A DNA stretch of 64,000 nt from Bacillales bacterium (lineage in GTDB: Bacteria > Bacillota > Bacilli > Paenibacillales > CANHCR01): positions 798 to 64,797 of the forward strand of contig CANHCR010000009.1 in assembly GCA_947459205.1 (NCBI GenBank), given 5' to 3'. A model generated the notes under the pieces. It saw only the letters and a list, made by a program, of their open reading frames with translations, ran no database searches and was not told the origin of the DNA. The position numbers and the translations under genes are program-made. Positions 9,893-18,632 of this stretch are shown piece by piece; position 1 is the stretch's first letter, and each line of letters starts with the position of its first letter.

Positions 9893-10459
9893 GTGATTCG
9901 TCGTATGAATGTAACACAAATTCAGCAAGCGGATGTATTTTCGGTGAAAATGGAGTTGGCGGAGGCGCTCGAGTTGTTGACGTATTGCGCACAGCAAATA
10001 CCGACGCCGTGCCGGGCGAAGGTGACTGATGTGTTGGTCGATTTGCAGCATGTGACGCAACAGGCAGTCGAGTTTCGCTTTGAGCAACAGCAGGAGTCGG
10101 ACCTTTGGGCGGATTGGCTGGAGCAGAGCCATGTGCGCCATGTGCTACGAACGGGTTCCGATATCGAGGAACTCGAGGTGACGCGCGACGGACTTTCGGT
10201 ATATGTCCCGCTCAATGAGTTGGCGGTGATGGTCAGTCGCTTGTTGCGCGACGTGTACTTCGATGCGCAGATTTTGGATGTGCGCGAAGAGATGGTGCAC
10301 GGCGTCAGCGCTGGCGTGGAGTTGGACTTGGGCGTGACGTACCGCGGCGTGTTTGACCGAGCATTGTGGGAGCAAACGGCGGTATTTATCAGATTGGCAG
10401 TAGACGGTGCACGCTACGAGGAACGAATCGTAGAGGCGCCGACGGTGCAAGTAGTGTAA
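9893..10459 (+). CDS. hypothetical protein
   Basis: 188-aa ORF with a GTG start after GGAGAGGGAG. GC-rich codon usage matches its neighbours. Confidence 0.6.
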   Translation: MIRRMNVTQIQQADVFSVKMELAEALELLTYCAQQIPTPCRAKVTDVLVDLQHVTQQAVEFRFEQQQESDLWADWLEQSHVRHVLRTGSDIEELEVTRDGLSVYVPLNELAVMVSRLLRDVYFDAQILDVREEMVHGVSAGVELDLGVTYRGVFDRALWEQTAVFIRLAVDGARYEERIVEAPTVQVV

Positions 10460-10470
10460 TAAAGTTAAGG

Positions 10471-10518
10471 TGGCGCGATTTGGCTGTTTCATTTAGCCGA
10501 ACCGCGCCGTTTTTTTGT
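10471..10518 (+). terminator. rho-independent terminator
   Basis: ggcgcg (10472-10477) pairs with cgcgcc (10504-10509), with an inner stem (ttggct/agccga), followed by ttttttt. Confidence 0.6.
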
Positions 10519-10529
10519 TTCAGTACATA

Positions 10530-10781
10530 TTACTGCATCCAGGAACGAATTTCGTCTTCGCTTTCACCAGTTACTGTTGCGATCGTGTTGATGTCCGCAA
10601 GACCTAAACGTAAAATTTGAATTGAGAGTTTTTTTCTTCCTAGTTGGATTCCTTTTTGGTAGCCCTCTTGCATACCAGCAAGGCGTGCTTCTTCAAGTTG
10701 CTTTTGCCAAGCATTTTGCTCATTTTGAATCATAGCGGCATCCTCGCATTGTGGATTAGGATTTGACATTACTGTACCCAA
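10530..10781 (-). other. stand-alone copy of the Rpn C-terminal tail (83 aa): gene fragment or small partner protein
   Basis: AAMIQNEQNAWQKQLEEARLAGMQEGYQKGIQLGRKK..LGLADINTIATVTGESEDEIRSWMQ parallels the last about 85 aa of the upstream Rpn protein (AAMIENVQNAWQKKLEEIRLAGISEGEQKG..LGITDIPTISKLTGITEDEIRSWVQ). Overlaps its stop by 13 nt. Confidence 0.5.
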
Positions 10782-11842
10782 GATCGTATCTCATCCTCGG
10801 TAATACCTGTCAGTTTTGAAATGGTAGGGATATCCGTTATGCCTAAACTTAATAATTGTTTTGCGATTTCCTTTTTGCCTAGTTCAACTCCTTGTTGCAA
10901 TCCTTGTTGCAATCCTTGTTGCAATCCTTGTTCAACCCCTTTTTGTTCCCCTTCGCTGATACCAGCAAGACGGATTTCTTCGAGTTTTTTTTGCCAAGCA
11001 TTTTGCACGTTTTCAATCATAGCGGCTTCCTCTCCTCGTTCGGTTTGTTCGAATATGTCGTTGATTTCGTCACGGTGCGCACCGATGCGAGCGCCGAGCA
11101 TGACGCTGAGCCAAATCATAAATTGCCTGTACTGTTCGTCGCTGAACGTTTGCATTTGCTTCGCGATGAACCGCAAACGCCGAATGGTTTCCTCGGGATC
11201 GGTATCGATCGTTTGTTCGAGGTAGAAGGCGCTGCTGATGGTGTCGGATGCACGCGTCAGGATTCTTTCGCTGAGACGATGGACGTCGACCAAGACGTAC
11301 TCGATGGTTGCGGTTAGCGGTTTGGGACTGCTGACGCGAAACAAATCGAGGATGACGGTTTGCGGGTTGTGCCACTTCGGTTTACCGTTGTAGAGAATGA
11401 TGGGCACGATCATCGGCAGCGTGCAGACGCTTGCACTCGATTCGTCTTCAGACAGTTCGCGGATCGAACGGCGCCACTGTTCCATCGAACTTTCAAAGAT
11501 TCGCAGGCCCATTCGTGCATCGACTGTGGACTGCAACTCGAGCAGAATAAAGTAGAACGTTTGCTGTGCTCGATTACGGACGCGGTAGATGAGATCGCCG
11601 GTCGTTTTCGACAAATCCTTTTTGATAAACTCTGGGTTGACGGACAAGATCTCCAAATCGTCAATCTCGTCAATCTCGTCGATCTCGTCAATGAGCGGAT
11701 AGGGTACGAAACGGCGCATGAACTCGAGAAAAGTGCGCTTATCCGATAGTAGATGCTTGTAGCCGCTGTCGTGAATATGATAGGTAGTGAGGTTCGATAC
11801 GTACGGTGATGTCTCTTCGGATACTGCTGCAAGTTGCGGCAC
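10769..11842 (-). CDS. Rpn/YhgA-like recombination-promoting nuclease (PD-(D/E)XK, transposase_31-like)
   Basis: The N-terminus (HDSGYKHLLSDKRTFLEFMRRFVP), the IILYNG core and the helical tail are typical of this family. GTG start follows GAAGGAG. Confidence 0.85.
   Translation of the reverse strand: MPQLAAVSEETSPYVSNLTTYHIHDSGYKHLLSDKRTFLEFMRRFVPYPLIDEIDEIDEIDDLEILSVNPEFIKKDLSKTTGDLIYRVRNRAQQTFYFILLELQSTVDARMGLRIFESSMEQWRRSIRELSEDESSASVCTLPMIVPIILYNGKPKWHNPQTVILDLFRVSSPKPLTATIEYVLVDVHRLSERILTRASDTISSAFYLEQTIDTDPEETIRRLRFIAKQMQTFSDEQYRQFMIWLSVMLGARIGAHRDEINDIFEQTERGEEAAMIENVQNAWQKKLEEIRLAGISEGEQKGVEQGLQQGLQQGLQQGVELGKKEIAKQLLSLGITDIPTISKLTGITEDEIRSWVQ
10889..10936. repeat. 12-nt tandem repeat (tccttgttgcaa, about 4 copies) inside the rpn-like gene
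   Basis: Read directly. Encodes (QQGL)x3-4 on the minus strand. Confidence 0.85.
11658..11693. repeat. 9-nt tandem repeat (tcgtcaatc, 4 copies) inside the rpn-like gene
   Basis: Read directly. Encodes IDEIDEIDEIDD on the minus strand. Confidence 0.85.
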
Positions 11843-11900
11843 GGTGCGGACTCCTTCGCTCTATTTTCATTATACATCGCAAACCAAACTTCGATAACAA

Positions 11901-11912
11901 GAACATTTGTTC
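11901..11912. promoter_or_regulatory. candidate LexA (Cheo/SOS) box
   Basis: aGAACATTTGTTCt is a perfect GAAC-N4-GTTC core, 59 nt upstream of the rpn-like GTG start, with a TATAAT on the minus strand between box and start. Confidence 0.4.
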
Positions 11913-11973
11913 TTATATTACCAATAAATTTTATGATATGCAAATGTATATCTGAAATGGGCGGATTTAGCAT

Positions 11974-12372
11974 TTATCGGTTGGGAAGGTGATCTCCGCG
12001 CACGATGAACGTATGGCCGTCGGGGCTAATAAACAGTTCGTCTTTCTCCAAATCGAAGTAATCAGGTGAGATGTACAATTGATGCAACGCACTAAGGATG
12101 TCGTTATTGTACACGCTCCACAACGCCTCAAATTCGTTCGTTAGATGTTGAAGTTGGTGGTGCCGGATGTTGATTTCGGCGATCCGTGCGCGCATGTGTT
12201 CCGTTTTATCGACCGTAAGCCTGCCGATGTACTTTCCGTTCGCTCTGACCTTTTCGTCTCTGAGCGCCTTTTGTGCGTTCTCGATTTCTTCGAACGTACA
12301 CTTGGTAAATAGGTCGACAACGTTTTTATTTTTTTGACTCTGCGATTGCTTGTTCTTAGGCAAAAGATACAC
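11974..12372 (-). CDS. hypothetical protein
   Basis: 132-aa track ORF. A TTG at 12363 with GGAGG 7 nt upstream is the more likely start. No motif recognised. Confidence 0.55.
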   Translation of the reverse strand: MYLLPKNKQSQSQKNKNVVDLFTKCTFEEIENAQKALRDEKVRANGKYIGRLTVDKTEHMRARIAEINIRHHQLQHLTNEFEALWSVYNNDILSALHQLYISPDYFDLEKDELFISPDGHTFIVRGDHLPNR

Positions 12373-12394
12373 CTCCGGTTCGTTGGTCGAGCGA

Positions 12395-12731
12395 CTAGTT
12401 TTCTCTGACCAGTCGAATGCTCAAAATCTGATAGTCGGTACTGAGTTCAGCTGTCACACGCGACATGTTCATTCGACCGTCACTGCCAATGGGGATGTAG
12501 TATTGAAGGGTGAACATGTCACCGCTTTCATAGTGCATTACACGAACTTCGATCAGTCTGTCCATCTAAATCGCTACTTTGATTGTTGGTTGGGGCGACG
12601 TGCGATCGCCGCTCAAAGGGACTATACACCTGTTGAAATTTAAACTCTACGCGCTCAATCGACCGCTCGTAGGATGTCGGTTGATACCAGGATGACGGAC
12701 CGATCAAGCCGATCCGCGCCATTTGTTCCAT
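12395..12731 (-). pseudogene. possible frameshifted small gene, or two overlapping small ORFs
   Basis: Minus-strand ORF MEQMARIGLIGPSSWYQ..SSDL (part of track ORF 12528..12767) runs into a second frame, MDRLIEVRVMHYESGDMFTLQYYIPIGSDGR..LVREN (12395..12565, 56 aa). The two overlap near 12540-12565. Confidence 0.25.
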
Positions 12732-13309
12732 TTTTTCAACTTGCTGATTAAGGTAGCGCCGTGCCAATATTCGATTTTGAGTGACTCAGCTTCCGCTTTG
12801 GCAGGCGGCGTGAGGTCGGAGGTGGTGACGAGCAATGCGAGCACGCAACCGTGGTTCCGCTTGGCGCCGACCAATTCGCGAACGGTCATGACGCTTACTT
12901 TGTTGTTGTCGTTGTAACATTTGGCTTGGACGGCTGTTTTCTCGCCGCGTTTGTCGATGATGACGAGGTCGACCCCGCCGTCGTTGCCGCCGACGCCAAC
13001 TTCCTGCACTTGATAGCCGTGATCACGGAAATACAGAGCGAGCAAGCGCTCGAAATCGGTGCCGCTGATTTTGGACAACGAACTCGCGAGAATGACATCG
13101 TCGGGTTTGGCGGTTTTGCTGGTATCGCGAGTCGATTGACCGGTGCGACTGCTAGCGCTTGCTGATTGTGCGGATGAGCGTCGCGGTTTGCGGCGCTTTT
13201 TCTTTTTGAGCGATTGGTCGGCGATGTCTAGTAAAATTTTGAACACCGCAACTCCGGCTAGCATGAGGATAAATGTTGTCATGGGCATCGTTTCCTTTTT
13301 TTGTTTCAT
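12704..13309 (-). CDS. membrane-anchored Mrr-like (Mrr_cat) restriction endonuclease domain protein
   Basis: N-terminal TM helix, basic/Ser-rich linker, then FERLLALYFRDHGYQV..GGNDGGVDLVIID..AVQAKCY (the D..D/E-x-K core of the Mrr catalytic domain). Confidence 0.8.
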   Translation of the reverse strand: MKQKKETMPMTTFILMLAGVAVFKILLDIADQSLKKKKRRKPRRSSAQSASASSRTGQSTRDTSKTAKPDDVILASSLSKISGTDFERLLALYFRDHGYQVQEVGVGGNDGGVDLVIIDKRGEKTAVQAKCYNDNNKVSVMTVRELVGAKRNHGCVLALLVTTSDLTPPAKAEAESLKIEYWHGATLISKLKKWNKWRGSA

Positions 13310-13360
13310 AATATCATAAATAAAGAAGGAATTTTCAATTTTTTGTATAATATCTAATCC

Positions 13361-13843
13361 GTGGTCTATTATCTAATGTATGATAGAGAGGGTGGTGTTA
13401 TTCATCGATATGTTCAAAATACAATAGTATCTTTGGTAGCTTTGATGATTGGTGTGCTCATTTATTTTTTTGCTCGCAGCGAACAATTACTAGTTTACGA
13501 TTGGATTCCCGGCTTTTCTTTGATCGCAAACAGTATGAAAGGAGCTGCATCAGACTCAGGGTCATTGCAATTCTTGACGAACCAAACATGGTTCGTGTAT
13601 TCGCTCCCGGATGGTTTGTGGCTGTTCTCGTTTACATTAATAGCAATGACGATTTGGCAGAATGTTCGAAAACGAATCAAAGGAATTGTTGCGATCAGCG
13701 TTTTATTGTTTGCCCTCATACACGAAATCGGACAACTAGCAGATTGGTTTCGAGGGACCTTTGATCTCATCGATGTCATTACATACTTTATTTTTTGGTG
13801 TATCGCAACGATTTACATTAAAATTCAGGGGGATGTAAAATGA
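13361..13843 (+). CDS. hypothetical integral membrane protein
   Basis: 160 aa with about 4-5 hydrophobic helices. AT-rich. Start uncertain (GTG in track). Confidence 0.6.
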   Translation: MVYYLMYDREGGVIHRYVQNTIVSLVALMIGVLIYFFARSEQLLVYDWIPGFSLIANSMKGAASDSGSLQFLTNQTWFVYSLPDGLWLFSFTLIAMTIWQNVRKRIKGIVAISVLLFALIHEIGQLADWFRGTFDLIDVITYFIFWCIATIYIKIQGDVK

Positions 13844-14385
13844 AAAACAGTGTGAAAGTTTTGCTATCAATGTTTGCGGTTTTTGTGTTTTTAATGCTTT
13901 TGGCAGGAAGCAGCGAGTCTGATACATCTAGTTCAACAGACACCAATCAAGGAACTGAGAAAAAGTCTGCGTTCTCTATCGGAGATGACGTAACTGTGGG
14001 AGATTTGGCCTACCGAGTCGAAAGTTCTAAGGAAGCGTCTTCGATTCAAAGTGGTAATGAATTCATTGACGATCTCACGACGACAGGCAAATTTGTAATT
14101 ATTGACGTTACCGTGCAAAACAACGATAAAGAATCACGTTATGTGGACGGAGCAATGTTTAAACTTTTAGATAAAGACGGTGCGGAGTATAGTTCGACAA
14201 GTGAAGCGGACATGTTGATTAATGATGGAACTGGCTTTTTTCTGGAGAAAATCAATCCGAAAATGTCACGTAGAGGAAAGGTTGCATTCGAAGTTCCGGC
14301 CGATGCGACGAACTTGAAACTGCAAGTGTCGAGTGGACTTGGTTGGAGCGGAGGCGACTATGAGGAGATTTCGCTAGGCAACTAA
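13840..14385 (+). CDS. secreted DUF4352-like protein
   Basis: Signal peptide, Ser/Thr-rich linker, then a beta-rich domain (GKFVIIDVTVQNNDKES..GKVAFEVPADA) typical of DUF4352. 4-nt overlap with the upstream gene. Confidence 0.75.
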   Translation: MKNSVKVLLSMFAVFVFLMLLAGSSESDTSSSTDTNQGTEKKSAFSIGDDVTVGDLAYRVESSKEASSIQSGNEFIDDLTTTGKFVIIDVTVQNNDKESRYVDGAMFKLLDKDGAEYSSTSEADMLINDGTGFFLEKINPKMSRRGKVAFEVPADATNLKLQVSSGLGWSGGDYEEISLGN

Positions 14386-14414
14386 GGACAATTGCGATTT
14401 ATATTAGATTGCCT

Positions 14415-14445
14415 AAGAGCGCAGTGAAGTTGCGCTCTTTTTTGT
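14415..14445 (+). terminator. rho-independent terminator
   Basis: aagagcgca / tgcgctctt 9-bp stem, 7-nt loop, T-tract. Confidence 0.75.
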
Positions 14446-14534
14446 TTAAATCGAGAGGCAAGTGTAGTAGAATATATACATCTATGTTACAATTTTGGTA
14501 ACTGTATCTATTTTATTCGCAGCGAGGTGTCCCC

Positions 14535-17500
14535 ATGGACTTGATTAATAATATTGATCGATTACTCGGTGATGACTTGCGTCAAACCATTCGTCCGAAC
14601 GCAAAGGTATCGATAGCCGCTTCTTGTTTTTCTTTGTACGCCTATGAGGCGCTGAAGGAAGAGTTGGAGCAGATCGAGCATTTGCGTTTTATTTTTTCTT
14701 CCCCGACTTTCGTGACCGATCGGATTCCCCGAGAAAAACGCGAGTTTTACATACCGAAACTGACGCGTGAAATGAATTTGTTCGGTTCGCCATTTGAGAT
14801 TAAGTTGCGCAATGAGTTGACGCAAAAAGCGATTGCCCGCGAGTGTGCGGAATGGATTCGGCGCAAGGTGCAGTTTCGTTCGAATCGCACACAAGGGTAT
14901 ATGCAAGGCTCGCTGAATGTGCAAAACCCGTCGATCGATCCAACAGGAAACGTACATTATTTTCCGCTGAATGGATTCACGACTGTCGATCTCGGCTATG
15001 AGCAGGGCGATGTGATGATGAATTACAATAATAAATTTACAGACCCGTCGCAAACGCAAATGTTCCTCATGCAGTTCAATCAATTTTGGAATGATAAGGA
15101 GCGTCTTGAAGACGTTACGCAACAAGTGATTGAGCAGATTACAACGGTCTACAATGAGAACTCGCCGGAATTCATCTACTATGTGATTCTCTATAATATT
15201 TTCAGTTCGTTTCTCGATGATTTAAACGAAGATTTGATGCCGAACGATGCAACCGGTTTCAAAGATTCGGTGATTTGGAACAAGTTGTATCATTTTCAGC
15301 GTGATGCGGTCATCGGTGCGATCAATAAATTAGAAAAATATAACGGCTGCATTCTTGCAGATAGTGTCGGACTTGGTAAGACGTTCACGGCGCTCGGTGT
15401 CATCAAATATTATGAATTACGCAATAAGAGTGTGCTTGTCTTGTGTCCGAAAAAGTTGAACGATAACTGGCAGACGTATCGGCAAAATGTGACGAACAAT
15501 ATTCTTCACGCCGACCGACTACGCTACGATGTGCTCTATCATACCGATTTATCGCGCGACCGCGGTCAATCGAACGGGATTGCGCTCGATCGTATCAATT
15601 GGGGCAATTATGACTTGCTTGTGATTGACGAGTCACACAATTTCCGCAACAATGCCGTGCATAACAAAGATAAGGAGAATCGCTATCAACGGCTAATGCG
15701 CAAAGTGTTACAGAGCGGTGTGAAAACGAAAGTCCTGATGTTGTCGGCGACTCCGGTCAACAATCGCTTTAATGATTTGAAAAATCAGTTGGCACTTGCC
15801 TATGAGGGCAACGTAGAGGAAATCAACAAGCGACTCGACACCGACCGCGGTATTGAAGTGATTTTCAAACGAGCGCAGCAAGCGTTCAATGCGTGGTCCA
15901 AGTTGGTTGCGCACCAACGTACAACGGGCCGCTTACTTGAGATGCTCGATTTCGACTTTTTTGAACTGCTGGACAGTTTGACGATTGCCCGTTCACGCAA
16001 ACACATCCAAAAGTACTATAATGCCGCGGAGATCGGGCGCTTTCCGACACGGCTGACGCCGATTTCGAAGCAGTGCGCGTTGACAGAACGCAGCGACGAC
16101 CAAGATTATCAAGAACTCTTCATGAAGTTGAGTCATTTGAATCTCGGCGTCTATTCGCCGTTTCGCTATATTTTGCCGAGCCGGATTGCGAAGTATGAAG
16201 AGTTGTATAAAACGAGCGCGCAGGGTGGCAAAGTCAGTTTCAAGCAGTCAGATCGCGAACTCAGTTTGGTTACATTGATGCGCATCAATTTGCTCAAACG
16301 TTTGGAAAGTTCGGTGCATGCGTTTCGTTTGACGACGGGAAAAATCATCGCCCGTTTGGAGTCGACGTTGACGCAAATCGAAAACTACAAACAGCGCAAA
16401 CTTGAGCATACACTGACGCAATTTGAGCCGGACCAAGTGAACCTCGATGAAGATTGGCAGGACGAGTTGCCTGAGGATGCAGGCGCCGCGCAAGGTGATG
16501 CAATCGGCGGGAAAATCCAGATCAGCCTGTCCGATATGGACGTTCTGAGTTTGGAACAAGATTTACTGAACGATTTGCATCTGTTGCAAGATATTCAGAT
16601 CGTGATGCGCAAAATTACGCCCCCGCTCGATTTGAAATTGAACACATTGAAGGCTATGATCGATGAAAAAATCGCCCGCCCGATCAATGCAGGCAACCGA
16701 AAAATCATCGTGTTTACCGCATTCAGCGATACGGCAGAGTATTTGTATGAGCAGTTAGCCCCATACGCGTTGCAGCATCATCGTTTGCATACGGCAAAAA
16801 TTACGGGCTCGGATGAGAACAAAAATACGATGCGCGTGCACAACGACTTACATACGTTACTCACTTGTTTCTCGCCGCGCTCGAAAGAGAAGCAGTTGCT
16901 GATGCCGCACATCCAAGGCGAGATTGATTTGTTGATTGCCACCGACTGTATTTCTGAAGGGCAAAATTTGCAGGATTGCGACTTTCTCATCAACTACGAT
17001 ATTCACTGGAATCCGGTGCGCATCATTCAACGCTTTGGGCGGATCGATCGCATCGGTTCAACGAACGAGGTCATCCAGTTGGTCAATTTTTGGCCAAACA
17101 TTTCGCTCGATGAGTATATAGGACTGAAGGAGCGCGTCGAAAAACGGATGGTCATCATGGATATGACGGCGACCGGTGAGGATGATGTATTGACGAATAC
17201 TTCGAGTGATTTGGAGTATCGCAAGCAACAATTAGAACGCTTACAGAGCGAGGTCGTCGATCTCGAGGAAATGAACGCCGGGGTGTCGATAACCGACCTC
17301 GGTTTGAATGATTTTCGCATGGATCTGGCGAATTATGTGCAACGTGAAGGCGATTTGGATGGTACGCCGCTTGGTATTCATGCCGTTGTCCCGGCTGACC
17401 CGGAGAAGGGGCTCCACCCAGGTGTTGTGTTTGTGCTGCGCAATGTGAACAACGAGGTAAATCTCGATAATCAAAATCGTCTACATCCATACTACCTCGT

Positions 17501-17822
17501 CTCGATAGATAGGGAAGGCACAATCCTCACGACGCACCTTGAAGTCAAGCGCACGATGGATTTGTTGCGGGCTGCATGCAAAGACCAGTCGAGTCCGATT
17601 CGCGAGGTATATGAGGCGTTCAATCGTGAGACGACGGATGGCAAGAAAATGGATCGCTATTCGCAACTGTTGCAGGAAGCGATTCACTCGATCATTCATG
17701 TAAAGGAAGAGAGCGATCTCGATAGTTTGTTCCGCCCTGGTGGCACGGGCTTCTTGGTGAATCAGATTCAAGGATTGCAAGATTTTGAATTGATTGCGTT
17801 TCTCGTCATTCGGGAGGTGTGA
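14535..17822 (+). CDS. SNF2/SWI2-family helicase-related protein (R-M associated)
   Basis: Motif I ADSVGLGKT, motif II VIDESHNFRN, SATPVNN, and C-terminal HWNPVRIIQRFGRIDRIGS. 1095 aa. Confidence 0.9.
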   Translation: MDLINNIDRLLGDDLRQTIRPNAKVSIAASCFSLYAYEALKEELEQIEHLRFIFSSPTFVTDRIPREKREFYIPKLTREMNLFGSPFEIKLRNELTQKAIARECAEWIRRKVQFRSNRTQGYMQGSLNVQNPSIDPTGNVHYFPLNGFTTVDLGYEQGDVMMNYNNKFTDPSQTQMFLMQFNQFWNDKERLEDVTQQVIEQITTVYNENSPEFIYYVILYNIFSSFLDDLNEDLMPNDATGFKDSVIWNKLYHFQRDAVIGAINKLEKYNGCILADSVGLGKTFTALGVIKYYELRNKSVLVLCPKKLNDNWQTYRQNVTNNILHADRLRYDVLYHTDLSRDRGQSNGIALDRINWGNYDLLVIDESHNFRNNAVHNKDKENRYQRLMRKVLQSGVKTKVLMLSATPVNNRFNDLKNQLALAYEGNVEEINKRLDTDRGIEVIFKRAQQAFNAWSKLVAHQRTTGRLLEMLDFDFFELLDSLTIARSRKHIQKYYNAAEIGRFPTRLTPISKQCALTERSDDQDYQELFMKLSHLNLGVYSPFRYILPSRIAKYEELYKTSAQGGKVSFKQSDRELSLVTLMRINLLKRLESSVHAFRLTTGKIIARLESTLTQIENYKQRKLEHTLTQFEPDQVNLDEDWQDELPEDAGAAQGDAIGGKIQISLSDMDVLSLEQDLLNDLHLLQDIQIVMRKITPPLDLKLNTLKAMIDEKIARPINAGNRKIIVFTAFSDTAEYLYEQLAPYALQHHRLHTAKITGSDENKNTMRVHNDLHTLLTCFSPRSKEKQLLMPHIQGEIDLLIATDCISEGQNLQDCDFLINYDIHWNPVRIIQRFGRIDRIGSTNEVIQLVNFWPNISLDEYIGLKERVEKRMVIMDMTATGEDDVLTNTSSDLEYRKQQLERLQSEVVDLEEMNAGVSITDLGLNDFRMDLANYVQREGDLDGTPLGIHAVVPADPEKGLHPGVVFVLRNVNNEVNLDNQNRLHPYYLVSIDREGTILTTHLEVKRTMDLLRAACKDQSSPIREVYEAFNRETTDGKKMDRYSQLLQEAIHSIIHVKEESDLDSLFRPGGTGFLVNQIQGLQDFELIAFLVIREV

Positions 17823-17826
17823 TGCG

Positions 17827-18501
17827 GTGGATGCGATCTATCAGTTTCCGCGCACCGCATTTCTGGGGCGGACGATTCCGAAAAATAAGTTTTATCAAGT
17901 ATTGGAAGCCGACGAGCGGGTGAAACGATTTTTTATCGATTACATCGAGCGGATTGTGTTGCAGTTTAAACTTTCGCCGGACACGGTCAATCTGCAGTCG
18001 AGTCCAGATTTGGCGGAATTGAATGTATTCGAGATTCAATTGAAACGCGCAGACTACCCGCGCAAAGTGATTGAGTATATTGAAAAAGCGATTCCGTATC
18101 CGATGTTGCATGTGCTTCGCTTTGAGCGGCAGGTGCAACAAGTGATTGCTTACAAAGTGCCACATGCACAAAAACAGGGCGAGTGGGTCGTGCAGGCGCT
18201 GTATGCCTCTGAGTGGCAAGACGAGCGAGCGGTCATGATATCCTTGGACGGAGCGAGTTCGATGCGGGCACTATATGACGGTTATGTGAAAAAGTGGATG
18301 CCCGTGGCGAATCAAACGGAAGCAGTGGATACGGGACAATCGGTCGAACAGTTGTTTCACAAACAGCAAGAACTCGATCGCTTGAATAAGGAAATCGCGC
18401 GGTTGGAGACGAAATTGCGGAACGAGAAACAATTTCATAAAAAAGCACCAATTCTCATGGAGTTGCAGGCGCTGCGGAAACAAAGAGCGGAGCTGGGGTG
18501 A
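17827..18501 (+). CDS. DUF4391-like protein
   Basis: GTG 17827 lies 10 nt after GGGAGG (track start 17794 overlaps the helicase). Size, N-terminus (..YQFPRTAFLGRTIPKNKFY) and position between the SNF2 helicase and type III mod/res fit the DUF4391 context. Assigned from memory and context only. Confidence 0.65.
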   Translation: MDAIYQFPRTAFLGRTIPKNKFYQVLEADERVKRFFIDYIERIVLQFKLSPDTVNLQSSPDLAELNVFEIQLKRADYPRKVIEYIEKAIPYPMLHVLRFERQVQQVIAYKVPHAQKQGEWVVQALYASEWQDERAVMISLDGASSMRALYDGYVKKWMPVANQTEAVDTGQSVEQLFHKQQELDRLNKEIARLETKLRNEKQFHKKAPILMELQALRKQRAELG

Positions 18502-18632
18502 TCGGAACTGTATATGGGGAAAATTTACGCATGTTCAAAAAAATGTGTACAAAAAACGAAAAAAAATACTCATATAAAGGCTTTGCAATATTTTAAAGAT
18601 TGGACAGAGATCAATTTGGAGTGTGACCGAAC

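Noticed and set aside
10889-10936. Short tandem repeats here and at 11658-11693 and 38239-38490, considered as a CRISPR array or minisatellite.
   Set aside because: There are no unique spacers between the units. All are in-frame within well-supported ORFs and encode peptide repeats.
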